Positions 29,278 to 39,190 are shown, counted from the first letter of the stretch. The stretch: DNA of 64,000 nucleotides from Planctomycetota bacterium (GCA_046290465.1 JBKAGP010000001.1:5824001-5888000), one strand, 5' to 3'. Made by a program: numbers and translations. Notes: generated from the sequence alone by a model not told the origin.

Positions 29278-30720
29278 TCAGCCCTTCATCTGCTTGAGCT
29301 TGGCGATCGCGCCGAGCACGTTCTTGCCGCCGCTCTTGCGCTTGCCGGTCGAGTAGCCGCCGCTGCCTTCCTTGGCGTCGCCGCCACCGGCAGCGGGTGC
29401 GTTGCCAGCGGGTGCGTTGCCGGTCGCCGCAGCGGCCGCCGCTGGCTGGGCGTTCGTCTGGGCCGCCTGGGTCGACGGCGCCGGCTGGGCCTGGCCGGCG
29501 GAGGCGACGCGAACGCCACTCTTGACCGCCGCCTGGATCTGCGCGACCGACGTCGCCAGACCCGAGACCTCGCGCTGGATGTCCTTGACCGACGTCTCGA
29601 GGCCGGCGACGTTGCCGTCGCGCAGCTGCTCGATGCCCTGGTTGAGGTTGGCCGTCGCCCGGTCGAGGCTCTTCTGCAGTTCGTCGCCGAGCGCGCGCGT
29701 CGCTTCGGCCTTGTGCAGCTGTTCGATGGCGCCCTGCACCTCTTGGCTGGCGTCCTCGAGGCGGACGAGGCTCTTGCGCACTTCGCTGTCGTCGAGTCGC
29801 TGGCCGATGGCGGCGATCGCGACCTCGAGCTTCTCGAGCTTCTGCGGCAGGTCGCCGAGGTCGGCCTTGCCGTTGCCGCTGCGGACCTGTTGCTCGAGTC
29901 GGTTGACCGCCTGGCGGTTGGACTCGGCGCCGCCCTCGACGAGCGTCTTGACCTGCGCGACGCTGCCGGCGAGCTCGGTGCCCTGACCGGCGATCTCCAT
30001 CAGCGGCTTGCCATACATCTTGATGGCCTTGGTCAGGTTGTTGATCTTCTGGTCCTGCCGCTGCAGCGACAGCAGCACGTGCTGCAGTTCGTGGCCCTCG
30101 GCCGGCGTCTCGGGCATCGCCGAGGCGCGCTGCAGCAGCTCGGCGAGGGAGTCGCGCAGCTCGTCCTCGCGCTCGTTGCGACGGTTCTCGTACTGCTCGA
30201 GGCACTGCTGCATCATGCCGACGCGGCGTTGGCCGAAGCCCAGGGCCATCACCGCGACGCCGAGGACCGCGACGATCTGCGGCTCGAGGCCGGCCTCGGT
30301 CAGCGCGGCGCCGGCGGCCGGCACGAACGTCATCACGAAGCCCGCGAGCGTCACCAGCATGCCGAGGCCGAGTGCGGCGCCGCCGCCAGGAGGCGTCAGC
30401 GCGGCGTCGAAGCGTCGTCGCTGGTTCGGTTGGCGGCGAGACGCGTAGGCGGACGAGTCGTCTTCGTCGTCGCCTTCTTCGTCGTCCGCGTCGTCCTCCT
30501 GGTCGTCGTCTTCGTCCTCGTCGTATTCGTCGCCGTCGCCGTCGTCGTCGTGCTCGGCCTCGTCCACCTCGTCGACGTGCTCGTCGTCGTACTCCTCGTC
30601 GTGGTCCTCGAACTCCGCCGAGTCGGCGGTCGTGACGTTCTCTTCGCGGTCCTGCTCGGGTTCACCGAGGAAGCTGGGCAGGTCACCTGAGGGATTGCGA
30701 GTATCGATGGATCGGGTCAT
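29278..30720 (-). CDS. Membrane-anchored coiled-coil protein with acidic N-terminus
   Basis: D/E-rich N-terminal region, two TMs, long heptad-like helical region and basic C-terminus. Confidence 0.75.
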   Translation of the reverse strand: MTRSIDTRNPSGDLPSFLGEPEQDREENVTTADSAEFEDHDEEYDDEHVDEVDEAEHDDDGDGDEYDEDEDDDQEDDADDEEGDDEDDSSAYASRRQPNQRRRFDAALTPPGGGAALGLGMLVTLAGFVMTFVPAAGAALTEAGLEPQIVAVLGVAVMALGFGQRRVGMMQQCLEQYENRRNEREDELRDSLAELLQRASAMPETPAEGHELQHVLLSLQRQDQKINNLTKAIKMYGKPLMEIAGQGTELAGSVAQVKTLVEGGAESNRQAVNRLEQQVRSGNGKADLGDLPQKLEKLEVAIAAIGQRLDDSEVRKSLVRLEDASQEVQGAIEQLHKAEATRALGDELQKSLDRATANLNQGIEQLRDGNVAGLETSVKDIQREVSGLATSVAQIQAAVKSGVRVASAGQAQPAPSTQAAQTNAQPAAAAAATGNAPAGNAPAAGGGDAKEGSGGYSTGKRKSGGKNVLGAIAKLKQMKG

Positions 30721-30826
30721 GGCTTGTCTTGCAACGATCTGTTTCGCTGATCGGCAGTCCGACCGCCCGGGATGAAGCAGGCGTGTTGCAAACTGCGGCA
30801 CGGTCCCCGAAAACGGCGTGTCACCG

Positions 30827-32599
30827 ATGGCTCGGAAACTAAAAGGCATCGCCGCGGCTCCCGGGATCGCGATCGCGCCCGTCGTGCACTTCCACACGAC
30901 GCTCGATCAGATTCCGACCTGGAGGGTCGCCGACGACCGCGTCGACGCCGAGAAGGGGCGTCTGACGGGGGCCATCGAGTCCGTCACCGAGAGCCTGACG
31001 CAGCTGCAGAAGGAGCTCGCCGGGGCGATCGGCAAGCACGACGTGCGCATCTACGACGCGCAGCTGGCGATCCTGCACGACCGGACCTTCATCAAGGAGG
31101 TCGAGGGCCAGATCGAGCAGCACAACTGCAACCTGGAGGTGGCCCTGCAGCGGGTCGTCGCCCGCTACGAGAAGGTCTTCGAGCAGATGGAGAACGCGGC
31201 GATGCGCGAGCGCGCCGCCGACCTGCGCGACATCGGCCGGCAGCTGGTGGGCGCGCTGGTGGCGACCGGCCGCCAGAAGTACACCGCCGACGGCGCCGAC
31301 TACCTGTTTGCTGCCGACGAGTTCCTGCCGAGCGACGCCGGCATCCTCGACCGCGCGCACATCCGCGGCATCGTCACGGCCCACGGCGGCAAGTACTCGC
31401 ACGGGGCGATCCTGGCGCGCTCGCTCGGGATCCCGGCGATCGTCGGGATCGAGCAGGTGATGCAGGAGACCAGCAACGGGGCGTTGGCGATCCTCGACGG
31501 CGATGCCGGCGTCGTGCTGCTCGACCCGACCATCGACGAGCTGGCCGACTACGAGCGGCGGCTGCGCGAGCAGCGTTCGGTCGAGTCGCGCATCAGCGAG
31601 CTGCGGTTCCAGCCGTCGGTCACGCCCGACGGCACCAACGTCCGGCTGATGGCCAACGTCGAGGGCGTGCAGGACCTCGACAACCTCGAGCTGGACACGA
31701 TGGCCGGCATCGGGCTGTTCCGGACCGAGTTCGCGTTCATGGAGCGGCGCCAGTTCCCGACCGAGGAGGAACAGGTGACGATGTACCGGCGCGCGGTCGA
31801 GAGCGCGAACGGCAAGCCGGTCACGTTCCGCACGCTCGACGTCGGCGGGGACAAGCCGCTCGGCTACTTCCAGATGCCCGAGGAGCGCAACCCGGTGCTC
31901 GGGTGGCGCGGCATCCGGCTGTGCCTGGACTGGCCGGACATCCTCTACACGCAGCTGCGCGCGATCCTGCGGGCCAGCGCCGAAGGCCACGCCCGCATCC
32001 TGCTGCCGATGATCACCACCCGGTCGGAGGTGGTGCGCTGCCGCGAGGTGCTGGACCAGCTGACCGCCGACCTGCGCGCCAACAACGTCGCGTTCGACTC
32101 CCGCATCGAGCTGGGCGTGATGGTCGAGGTGCCGGTGCTGGTCTCGGTGCTGCCCGACATCCTGCCGGTCGTCGACTTCGTGTCGGTCGGGACCAACGAC
32201 CTGGTGCAGTACCTGTTGGCGGTCGACCGCGACAACCAGCGCGTCGCCAAGATGTACGACCCGTTCCACCCCGGCGTGCTGCGCGTGCTCGCGCAGATCG
32301 CCGAATACGCCAAGGCGGCGGGCAAGAGCGCGTCGATCTGCGGCGAGATCGCGGGCGACCAGTGGTTCACGCCGATCCTGGTCGGCCTCGGCTATCGGGA
32401 ACTGTCGATGGCGCCGGTGTTCCTGCCGCGCGTCAAGCTGATGCTGCGCAGCTTCTCGCTCGACGAGTGCCGGGCACTCGCGGCCCGCGCGCTGTCGCTG
32501 CACGCGACGACGGCGGTGCGCAAGCTGGTGCACGAGGAGATCCTGCCGCGCTGGTCGGCGCAACTCGCGGGTGCGGACGACGGGAGCGCGTCCGCATGA
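30827..32599 (+). CDS. ptsI: Phosphoenolpyruvate-protein phosphotransferase (PTS enzyme I)
   Basis: GIAAAPGIA, phospho-His region GGKYSHGAILAR, GIGLFRTEF, RTLDVGGDK, GTNDL.QY and ICGE. Confidence 0.93.
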   Translation: MARKLKGIAAAPGIAIAPVVHFHTTLDQIPTWRVADDRVDAEKGRLTGAIESVTESLTQLQKELAGAIGKHDVRIYDAQLAILHDRTFIKEVEGQIEQHNCNLEVALQRVVARYEKVFEQMENAAMRERAADLRDIGRQLVGALVATGRQKYTADGADYLFAADEFLPSDAGILDRAHIRGIVTAHGGKYSHGAILARSLGIPAIVGIEQVMQETSNGALAILDGDAGVVLLDPTIDELADYERRLREQRSVESRISELRFQPSVTPDGTNVRLMANVEGVQDLDNLELDTMAGIGLFRTEFAFMERRQFPTEEEQVTMYRRAVESANGKPVTFRTLDVGGDKPLGYFQMPEERNPVLGWRGIRLCLDWPDILYTQLRAILRASAEGHARILLPMITTRSEVVRCREVLDQLTADLRANNVAFDSRIELGVMVEVPVLVSVLPDILPVVDFVSVGTNDLVQYLLAVDRDNQRVAKMYDPFHPGVLRVLAQIAEYAKAAGKSASICGEIAGDQWFTPILVGLGYRELSMAPVFLPRVKLMLRSFSLDECRALAARALSLHATTAVRKLVHEEILPRWSAQLAGADDGSASA

Positions 32600-33531
32600 G
32601 CCAGCGGCCGCTGCGACGTGGCAACTGGTCGGTGCAGGAGCTCGAGCGGCTGCGCCTGTTGCTGCCTCACCGCGGCGTCGAGCAGACCGCCGCCCTGCTG
32701 CGGCGTTCGTCGGACAGCGTGCAGCGCAAGGCGTTGGACCTGCTGCGGGTGCCGCAGCGAAAGGGACCGTGGACCAACAGCGACGACCTGCAGCTGCGCC
32801 AGGCCTGGGGAGCGCTCGAGCCGCGCATGCTCGCGCCGATGCTCGGCCGGCCGACCGGCGACGTGCGGCGCCGCGCCGACGAGCTGCGCCGTTCGCTGCG
32901 GCGGGGGCCCTGGTCGCGCGAGGAGCGTCGCATGCTGAAGAAGCTCTACGGCACGCGGCACGATGAGGACCTCGAGGTCTGCCTGCTGCGCGAGCGCGGG
33001 GAGATCCGTTCGGTCGCCAAGGAACTGTGCCTGGCCAAGGACAAGCGCTTCCAGGCCGGCCAGCAGCGGCCGGCGCGGGAGCGGGACGGTGTGGCCGACG
33101 GCGTCGTCGTGGCCGGCCCGGGCCGTTCGCCGATGCCGCGGTGGACGTCGGAGGAGGTTCGTCGGTTGCGCGAGCTGTATCCGGATCACGACAACCTGAC
33201 GGTCGCGCGCGAGCTCGGCCGCACCGTGACGAGCGTCGCCAACAAGGCCTACCAGCTCGGCATCAAGAAGAGCGCCGAGCTGTTGGCCGACATCGGTCGT
33301 TCGAACATCTCGCATCGCTACCAGGACGAGGCGGAGCTGGCCGCGGGGCCGGTCGGGACTTCGTCCGGCGGCGGGGCGGTGGAGGGAGGATCGGTCGAGG
33401 ACGGGGCGGCGCAGGATGGGCCGGCGCAGGACCGGCCGGTGGGCGACGGGCCGGCGGACCGCGTGGCGGCGGATCCGGCTGCCGAACAGCAGCGGGGCCA
33501 GGTCGGCCGGGCCGCCGACCACGGCGCCTGA
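32596..33531 (+). CDS. Protein with four Myb/SANT-like helix-turn-helix repeats
   Basis: RRGNWSVQE, RKGPWTNSDD, RRGPWSREE and MPRWTSEE repeats, each followed by a L(G/R)R-type helix segment. ATGA overlap with ptsI. Confidence 0.7.
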   Translation: MSQRPLRRGNWSVQELERLRLLLPHRGVEQTAALLRRSSDSVQRKALDLLRVPQRKGPWTNSDDLQLRQAWGALEPRMLAPMLGRPTGDVRRRADELRRSLRRGPWSREERRMLKKLYGTRHDEDLEVCLLRERGEIRSVAKELCLAKDKRFQAGQQRPARERDGVADGVVVAGPGRSPMPRWTSEEVRRLRELYPDHDNLTVARELGRTVTSVANKAYQLGIKKSAELLADIGRSNISHRYQDEAELAAGPVGTSSGGGAVEGGSVEDGAAQDGPAQDRPVGDGPADRVAADPAAEQQRGQVGRAADHGA

Positions 33532-33690
33532 TCGGCCGGTGGCAGCGGGCTCCGGGGTCGCGACGGGCCGGATCGGGGATGTCCCGGATCGCAACGCGAT
33601 TTCCAACCGGCACTCAACCTGTGCCGGTCCACAAGCCGATGCACCCGGAGCGCCGCCACCAACCGGGCCGGCGCACACCGAGGTTACGCC

Positions 33691-34080
33691 ATGGAAATCG
33701 TAGGGAAGAAGAGTCAGGGCCTGAGCGTTACTGCGCTCAAGGACGACAAGACCGTCATCATCTCGTTCAACGACCGGAGCCTGAACTTCTACGTCACGGA
33801 CTCCCTGAAGGAATCGCTGAAGGAGACGATCAACGCGAAGATCGAGGAAGGCTACGAGCACTTCGTGCTCAACCTCGACAACGTGAAGATCATCGACTCG
33901 TGCGGTGTCGGCCTGATCATCGTGGCCAACAACGTGACGTCGTCGCGCAGCTGCAAGCTCTACCTGAGCAACATCAAGCCGTTCATCGTCAAGATCTTCG
34001 AGATCATGCGCATCTCGAAGCACCTGGCGATCTACGACAAGGAAGACGACGCCCTGCAGGCGATCAAGAACGGCGGCTGA
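33691..34080 (+). CDS. STAS domain anti-anti-sigma factor (SpoIIAA/RsbV-like)
   Basis: FVLNLDNVKIIDSCGVG with the phosphorylatable Ser, and VKIFEIMR. GAGG RBS upstream. Confidence 0.88.
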   Translation: MEIVGKKSQGLSVTALKDDKTVIISFNDRSLNFYVTDSLKESLKETINAKIEEGYEHFVLNLDNVKIIDSCGVGLIIVANNVTSSRSCKLYLSNIKPFIVKIFEIMRISKHLAIYDKEDDALQAIKNGG

Positions 34081-34162
34081 GCCGCCAACGGCATCTGTTG
34101 ATTCGCCTCGTGGTGGTCCGCCGGTCTCCGGCGCCTCCAAGCCCGGTCGGCGAATTCCGACG

Positions 34163-35749
34163 ATGAACGCCACCATCCTGATCCTGGCCGCAGAACCGAC
34201 GGTCGCCGAGCTGCGGCGACGGTTCGAGGAGGCCGGGGCGATGGTGGACGTTGCGTGTACCGTGCCGGACGTCGTCGCGCGGCTCGAGTCCGCAGCGCCG
34301 CACGCGGTGGCGCTGCACGCGGCCTTCGTCGGTGACGACCTCGACGCGGTGGCGCGGGCCTGTGAACTCGCCGGTGTCGAGCGCGTGCTCGCGATCGACA
34401 GAGCGCCGCAGCCGGTGCACTACGAACGTGCGATGGCGATCGGGGCGCTCGGCGTGCTGGCTGCCGCCGGACCGATCGGCGACGTGCGCAACGTGTTGGC
34501 GCGGCTGCAGCAGCGCTGCGAGCATCGCGGCCGGCAGCGCGGCGAGGTCGAGCGCTGGCGGGTCCAGTCCGAGGAGCTCCGCCGTCGATGCAAGCAGCAG
34601 GCCGAGAAGTTCCAGGAGACGCAGGAGACCTTCTATCTCGACCTGTCACGCATGATGACGATCATCACGAACATCATGGACGGCATCGTGTTCGTCGACC
34701 GCGGCGGCAACGTCACGTTGATGAATCCGGTGGCCGAGGACCTGCTCGGCATGAAGTCCTTCGTCGCGATCGGCAAGTCGATCACCGCGCTGCAGGGCCA
34801 GCGTGAGCTGCTCGACGCCCTGGTCGCCGACCACGAGCGGGTCGAGGTCCGCGACGAGAAGGAGGCCTTCCGCACGGTCGAGGTGCACCACAGCGAGCAG
34901 GACCTGCTCTACATCAAGTGCATGACCAGCCGGGTGCTCGACTATCGCGGCCAGCCGGCCGGCACGCTGACCGTGCTCCGCGACGTCACCGCCGAGTTCA
35001 AGACGGACCAGCTCAAGAACCAGTACCTGTCGATCGTCGCGCACGAACTGCGCACGCCGCTGACCGGCATCAAGACGTTCGCCACGATGATGGCGAAGGG
35101 CACGCTGGGCGGCCTCAACGACCGTCAGGAGCGGGTCTGCGAGTCGATCAAGGAGCAGTCGGTGCGGCTGGAGCACCAGATCGACAAGCTGATCAACCTC
35201 GGCAACCTGGAGTCGGCGGACTACGGGCAGGACCGCGAGGTGGTCGATCTGCAGGATTTTCTCGCCGGGATGCTGCTGCCGTTCGAGCAGCCGGCGCGCG
35301 ATCGTCGCATCGAACTGGAGCTCTGCTGCGACGTCGACGAGGCGTCGCTGTTCGCCGATCGCAGCGACCTGCGACGGGCGTGCCAGGCGCTCATCGAGAA
35401 CGCGGTCAAGTTCGCCCAGGACGAGGGCCGCGTCGAAGTCGCGGTGCGATCGGAGGGTGACGGCCTGCGCTTCCACGTGCGCGACGACGGCATCGGCATC
35501 GACCCGCGCTACCAGCGCCGCATCTTCGAGAAGTTCTTCCAGGTCGAGGACCCGCTGACCAGGCACCACGGCGGTGCCGGGCTCGGCCTGTTCGTGGCCC
35601 GCGGGATCGTCGAAGCACACGGAAGCCGCATCGAAGTCTCCAGTCAGCTGGGGCAAGGTGCCGATTTCTCCTTCATGCTCCCCATCTACCGCCCCGAGCA
35701 TGCCGGGGTCGGGGCCGGGGACGCCGACCGACTGAGTGAGGGCACCTAG
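34163..35749 (+). CDS. PAS sensor histidine kinase with an N-terminal pseudo-receiver
   Basis: H-box VAHELRTPLT, N-box LIENAVKF, DDGIGI, GAGLGL and PAS segment DGIVFVD..G.VTLMNPVAE. Confidence 0.92.
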   Translation: MNATILILAAEPTVAELRRRFEEAGAMVDVACTVPDVVARLESAAPHAVALHAAFVGDDLDAVARACELAGVERVLAIDRAPQPVHYERAMAIGALGVLAAAGPIGDVRNVLARLQQRCEHRGRQRGEVERWRVQSEELRRRCKQQAEKFQETQETFYLDLSRMMTIITNIMDGIVFVDRGGNVTLMNPVAEDLLGMKSFVAIGKSITALQGQRELLDALVADHERVEVRDEKEAFRTVEVHHSEQDLLYIKCMTSRVLDYRGQPAGTLTVLRDVTAEFKTDQLKNQYLSIVAHELRTPLTGIKTFATMMAKGTLGGLNDRQERVCESIKEQSVRLEHQIDKLINLGNLESADYGQDREVVDLQDFLAGMLLPFEQPARDRRIELELCCDVDEASLFADRSDLRRACQALIENAVKFAQDEGRVEVAVRSEGDGLRFHVRDDGIGIDPRYQRRIFEKFFQVEDPLTRHHGGAGLGLFVARGIVEAHGSRIEVSSQLGQGADFSFMLPIYRPEHAGVGAGDADRLSEGT

Positions 35750-36124
35750 ATGGAAAGAACCGTTCTGATCATCGAAGACGAGAAGCTGATCATCGTCTCC
35801 ACGCAGATGGTGCTCGAGGCGGCAGGATTCCGCGTCGAGTCCGCGATGAACGGCGAGGACGGCATCTCGAAGGCGCGCACGCAGTCGCCCGACCTGATCC
35901 TGCTCGACATCATGATGCCGGGCATCGACGGCTGGGAGACGCTGACGCGCCTCAAGCGGGACGCCGAGACCTCGAACATCCCGGTGGTGATCTTCACGGC
36001 GCGCGAGCACTCGCGCGGCCACCAGAAGAGCGCCGAGATGGGCGCCGCGGACTACTTCCGCAAGCCGTTCGAGCCCGACGAGCTGATCGAGCTGGTCGAG
36101 AAGCACTGCGGCCAGCAGGCCTGA
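35750..36124 (+). CDS. Single-domain response regulator
   Basis: LIIEDE, LLDIMMPGIDG, FTA and KPF. Confidence 0.95.
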   Translation: MERTVLIIEDEKLIIVSTQMVLEAAGFRVESAMNGEDGISKARTQSPDLILLDIMMPGIDGWETLTRLKRDAETSNIPVVIFTAREHSRGHQKSAEMGAADYFRKPFEPDELIELVEKHCGQQA

Positions 36125-36159
36125 ACCCGTTCGCGCCGCTTCAGGCGCCCCGTTCCGTC

Positions 36160-37149
36160 ATGCAGCTCGGCGTCGTATCGCTGTGGTCCCTGCTGGAGGC
36201 GTGCCGCGCCGGCAGTGAGGAGGAGCAGCGCGAGGCCGCGGCGACGGCCGCCATGGTGGTGCAAGACCACGTCGGCGAGCGTTCGCTGACGCTGGAGTTG
36301 CGCGACTCCGTGCTCGTCATCGACGACTTCCCGGCCGTCAGCGGGGTCGACACGTTCGCCGCGACCCACGGCCTGCTCGGCTTCCTGCGCGACGCCGGGG
36401 TGCAGTGGGTGCGGTTTGCGCGGGACGTCGACGCCGACGCGCTGCGCGCCTGGGCCGCGCACGTGGTCGTTGGCGACGCACCCACGGCGTGGCCGGCCGG
36501 CGTCGAGGTGCGGCTGCGCTGTGAGCCGACCTCGACAGATCTGGTCCGGCCGCAGGCGCCGCGCGCGGCGATCGACGTGCCCGACTCCCGCCTGCGTTCG
36601 GTGTTCCTGCAGCACCGCCTGATCGCGGGTCTGCCGCGGATCGCCGGCGTCGACGCGGCGACCGCCAAGCTGGTGATCCAGGGCGTGGTCGATCGCCTGC
36701 TGCAGGTCGAAGGTGGGCTCGAGCCGTTGATGCTGCTGCAGGAGGACGAGTCGGTGCTGCAGCGCAGCACGGCGGTCGCGGTGCTGACCGTGGTGATCGC
36801 GCGCTGCGCCGGCTGGCCGCTCGAGCAGCTCGCCGACGTCGGTGCGGCCGGTCTGTTGCACGACCTCGGCAGCGTGCTCGACGAGCGCGCGCCGGGAACC
36901 GCCGCGTTCCGATGGCTGCTGGACTGCGGCGACGACGACTTCTGGCTGCGCAGCGCACTCTGCGCCCGCCGTTGGCGCGACGGCGAGCAGGCGATGGCCG
37001 ACCCGGCCGGGCCGCTCGCGATCATCGCGATCGTGCGGCTGGCGGTCGCCGCACACGGAGGCGGCGCGGCCGCGATCGACGCGGTGGGCGAGCGCGGCGA
37101 CGTGCCGCCGGCGCTCGTCGCGATCGCGCGCCAGGCGATCGCCGCCTGA
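36160..37149 (+). CDS. Degenerate HD/HD-GYP-like domain protein
   Basis: GAAGLLHDLG present. No HHE or GYP motif. Confidence 0.6.
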   Translation: MQLGVVSLWSLLEACRAGSEEEQREAAATAAMVVQDHVGERSLTLELRDSVLVIDDFPAVSGVDTFAATHGLLGFLRDAGVQWVRFARDVDADALRAWAAHVVVGDAPTAWPAGVEVRLRCEPTSTDLVRPQAPRAAIDVPDSRLRSVFLQHRLIAGLPRIAGVDAATAKLVIQGVVDRLLQVEGGLEPLMLLQEDESVLQRSTAVAVLTVVIARCAGWPLEQLADVGAAGLLHDLGSVLDERAPGTAAFRWLLDCGDDDFWLRSALCARRWRDGEQAMADPAGPLAIIAIVRLAVAAHGGGAAAIDAVGERGDVPPALVAIARQAIAA

Positions 37150-37169
37150 GCGCGATCGCCGCGGTGGCG

Positions 37170-38438
37170 CTACTCGTGGCGCAGGGCGTCGACCGGGTCC
37201 ATGTTGGCGGCGCGCCAGGCCGGGTAGAGGCCGAACACGACCCCGACCATCGCCGAGATGCCGAACGCGAGCATCACGTGCTGCGGCAGGATGATGGTCT
37301 TCTGCTGGAACCAGAGCGTGATCAGGAACGGCAGGATCACGCCGAGCGTGACGCCGACCACGCCGCCGAGCGCGGACAGCACGCCCGACTCGACCAGGAA
37401 CTGCTGCACGATGTGCTTCTTCTTGGCGCCGAGCGCGCGTCGGATGCCGATCTCGCGGGTGCGTTCGGTGACCGTCGCGAGCATCACGTTCATGATGCCG
37501 ATGCCGCCGACCAGCAGGCTGATCGAGGCGATCACCGCGAGCACGATGTTGAACATGCGCTTGCTCTCCTCCTCCTGCTTGAGCAGTTCGAGCGGCACCG
37601 TCACGATCACGTCGCCCTTCTCGCGGATGCTCTTCGCGAGCAGGTCGCGCATCACGCGGGCCCCGTCGGGCACGTCCTCGGAGGTCGGCATCTTGACCTT
37701 GACCTCGGCGAGCTCGACGCGCTCGCGCGAGAACGAGCCGCCCGAGCGGGTCGTGTTGACGTCGCCGAAGCGCCGCTGGTGCGTGTGCAGCGGCACGAAC
37801 ATGCACTCGTCGTACGGCGTGCTGCCGGCGCCGGCGGTGCGCCCCTGCTCGTCGAGGATGCCGACGACGCGGTAGCGGTCGTCGCCGCTGACCAGCACGG
37901 TCTGGTCCATCGGGTTGTCGAGCGGGAACAGCAGCCGCGCCAGGGTCGCGCCCAGCACGCACACGTTGGCCAGCCGTCGGTCGTCGATCTCGGCCAGCCA
38001 GCGGCCCTCGCGGACCCTCATGTTGGTGATCGGCAGGAAGCTCGGCTCGGTGCCGACGATGATCGACGTGTGGAAGTTCTCGCCGCGCATCATCGGTCGC
38101 TTGACCTCGCGCACGCGTGCGACCTGGGCGCTCGGGATCGACGCCTCGATCAGGTCGGCCTCGGCGTAGAGCAGGCCGTAGGCGAGCGCCGACCAGGTGC
38201 TCGCCGAGCTGCTCGACGCCGTCTCCGCCGGCTTCTTGCTGCGCGCGATCAGGTTGGTGACGCCCATGTCCTGGAAGCGCTCGAGCGCGTCCTGCTTGGC
38301 GCCTTCGCCGACCGCCAGCATCGCGATGACCGACGCCACGCCGAACAGGATGCCGGCCGTCGTCAGCGCGCTGCGCAGCTTGTGCAGCATCAGGCTCTTG
38401 AGGCCGAGGCGCACGATGCGCCAGGTGTCGCGGATCAT
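37170..38438 (-). CDS. MacB/FtsX-family ABC transporter permease
   Basis: KLRSALT..GI.FGV, GGIGIMNVML.TVTERTREIGIRRALGA and PA.RAA.MDPVDALR. Confidence 0.95.
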   Translation of the reverse strand: MIRDTWRIVRLGLKSLMLHKLRSALTTAGILFGVASVIAMLAVGEGAKQDALERFQDMGVTNLIARSKKPAETASSSSASTWSALAYGLLYAEADLIEASIPSAQVARVREVKRPMMRGENFHTSIIVGTEPSFLPITNMRVREGRWLAEIDDRRLANVCVLGATLARLLFPLDNPMDQTVLVSGDDRYRVVGILDEQGRTAGAGSTPYDECMFVPLHTHQRRFGDVNTTRSGGSFSRERVELAEVKVKMPTSEDVPDGARVMRDLLAKSIREKGDVIVTVPLELLKQEEESKRMFNIVLAVIASISLLVGGIGIMNVMLATVTERTREIGIRRALGAKKKHIVQQFLVESGVLSALGGVVGVTLGVILPFLITLWFQQKTIILPQHVMLAFGISAMVGVVFGLYPAWRAANMDPVDALRHE

Positions 38439-39190
38439 GCGTGGCCCTCCGCCCGGCCGGACGCAGTCATCTTGCGGTCGTTCTCAATCAGCTTCTCGAC
38501 CTCGCCGTCCTTCAGCCACAGCGTGCGGTCGGCGCGTTCGGCGACCGCCGGGTTGTGCGTGACCATCACGATCGTGACGCCGTCGGGGCGCAGGTCGTCG
38601 AACAGGTCGAGGATCTCGCTCTCGGTGTTGCTGTCGAGGTTGCCGGTCGCCTCGTCGGCGAGCAGGAACAGCGGGTCGTTCATCAGCGCGCGTGCGATCG
38701 CGACGCGCTGCTGCTGGCCGCCGGACAGCTCGAGCGGCTTGTGCTCGAGGCGCTGGCCGAGGCCGACGCGGTCGGCCAGGTACTCGGCCTTCTTGCGCGA
38801 TTCGGGGCCCACGCGTCCCTGGTAGAACAGCGGCACCTCGAGGTTCTCGAGCACCGTCAGCTGCGGGATCAGGTTGAACGACTGGAAGATGAAGCCGATC
38901 TCGGTGCCGCGCACGTTGGAGAGCGCGTCGTCGTTGAGCTTGCTGACGTCGCGGCCACCGACGCGATACTCGCCGGTGGTGGGGCGGTCGAGGCAGCCGA
39001 GCAGGTTGAGCATGGTGCTCTTGCCGGAGCCCGAACGGCCCATGATCGTCAGGTAGTCACCGCGGTGGACCTGCATCGACACGCCGTTGAGGGCGCGCAC
39101 GACGTTGTCGCCCATCTTGTAGTGGCGGTGGACGTCGACGAACTCGGCGATGATCTCGCTGCTGTTGCTGGCGGGGTCGCTCACGAGCAC
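38435..39190 (-). CDS. MacB/LolD-type ABC transporter ATP-binding protein
   Basis: GRSGSGKST, LSGGQQQRVAIARAL, LLADEATGNLD and VTH. Confidence 0.95.
   Translation of the reverse strand: MLVSDPASNSSEIIAEFVDVHRHYKMGDNVVRALNGVSMQVHRGDYLTIMGRSGSGKSTMLNLLGCLDRPTTGEYRVGGRDVSKLNDDALSNVRGTEIGFIFQSFNLIPQLTVLENLEVPLFYQGRVGPESRKKAEYLADRVGLGQRLEHKPLELSGGQQQRVAIARALMNDPLFLLADEATGNLDSNTESEILDLFDDLRPDGVTIVMVTHNPAVAERADRTLWLKDGEVEKLIENDRKMTASGRAEGHA

Noticed and set aside
30827..32599. ptsP (EI-Ntr)
   Set aside because: No N-terminal GAF domain, and the length matches plain enzyme I.
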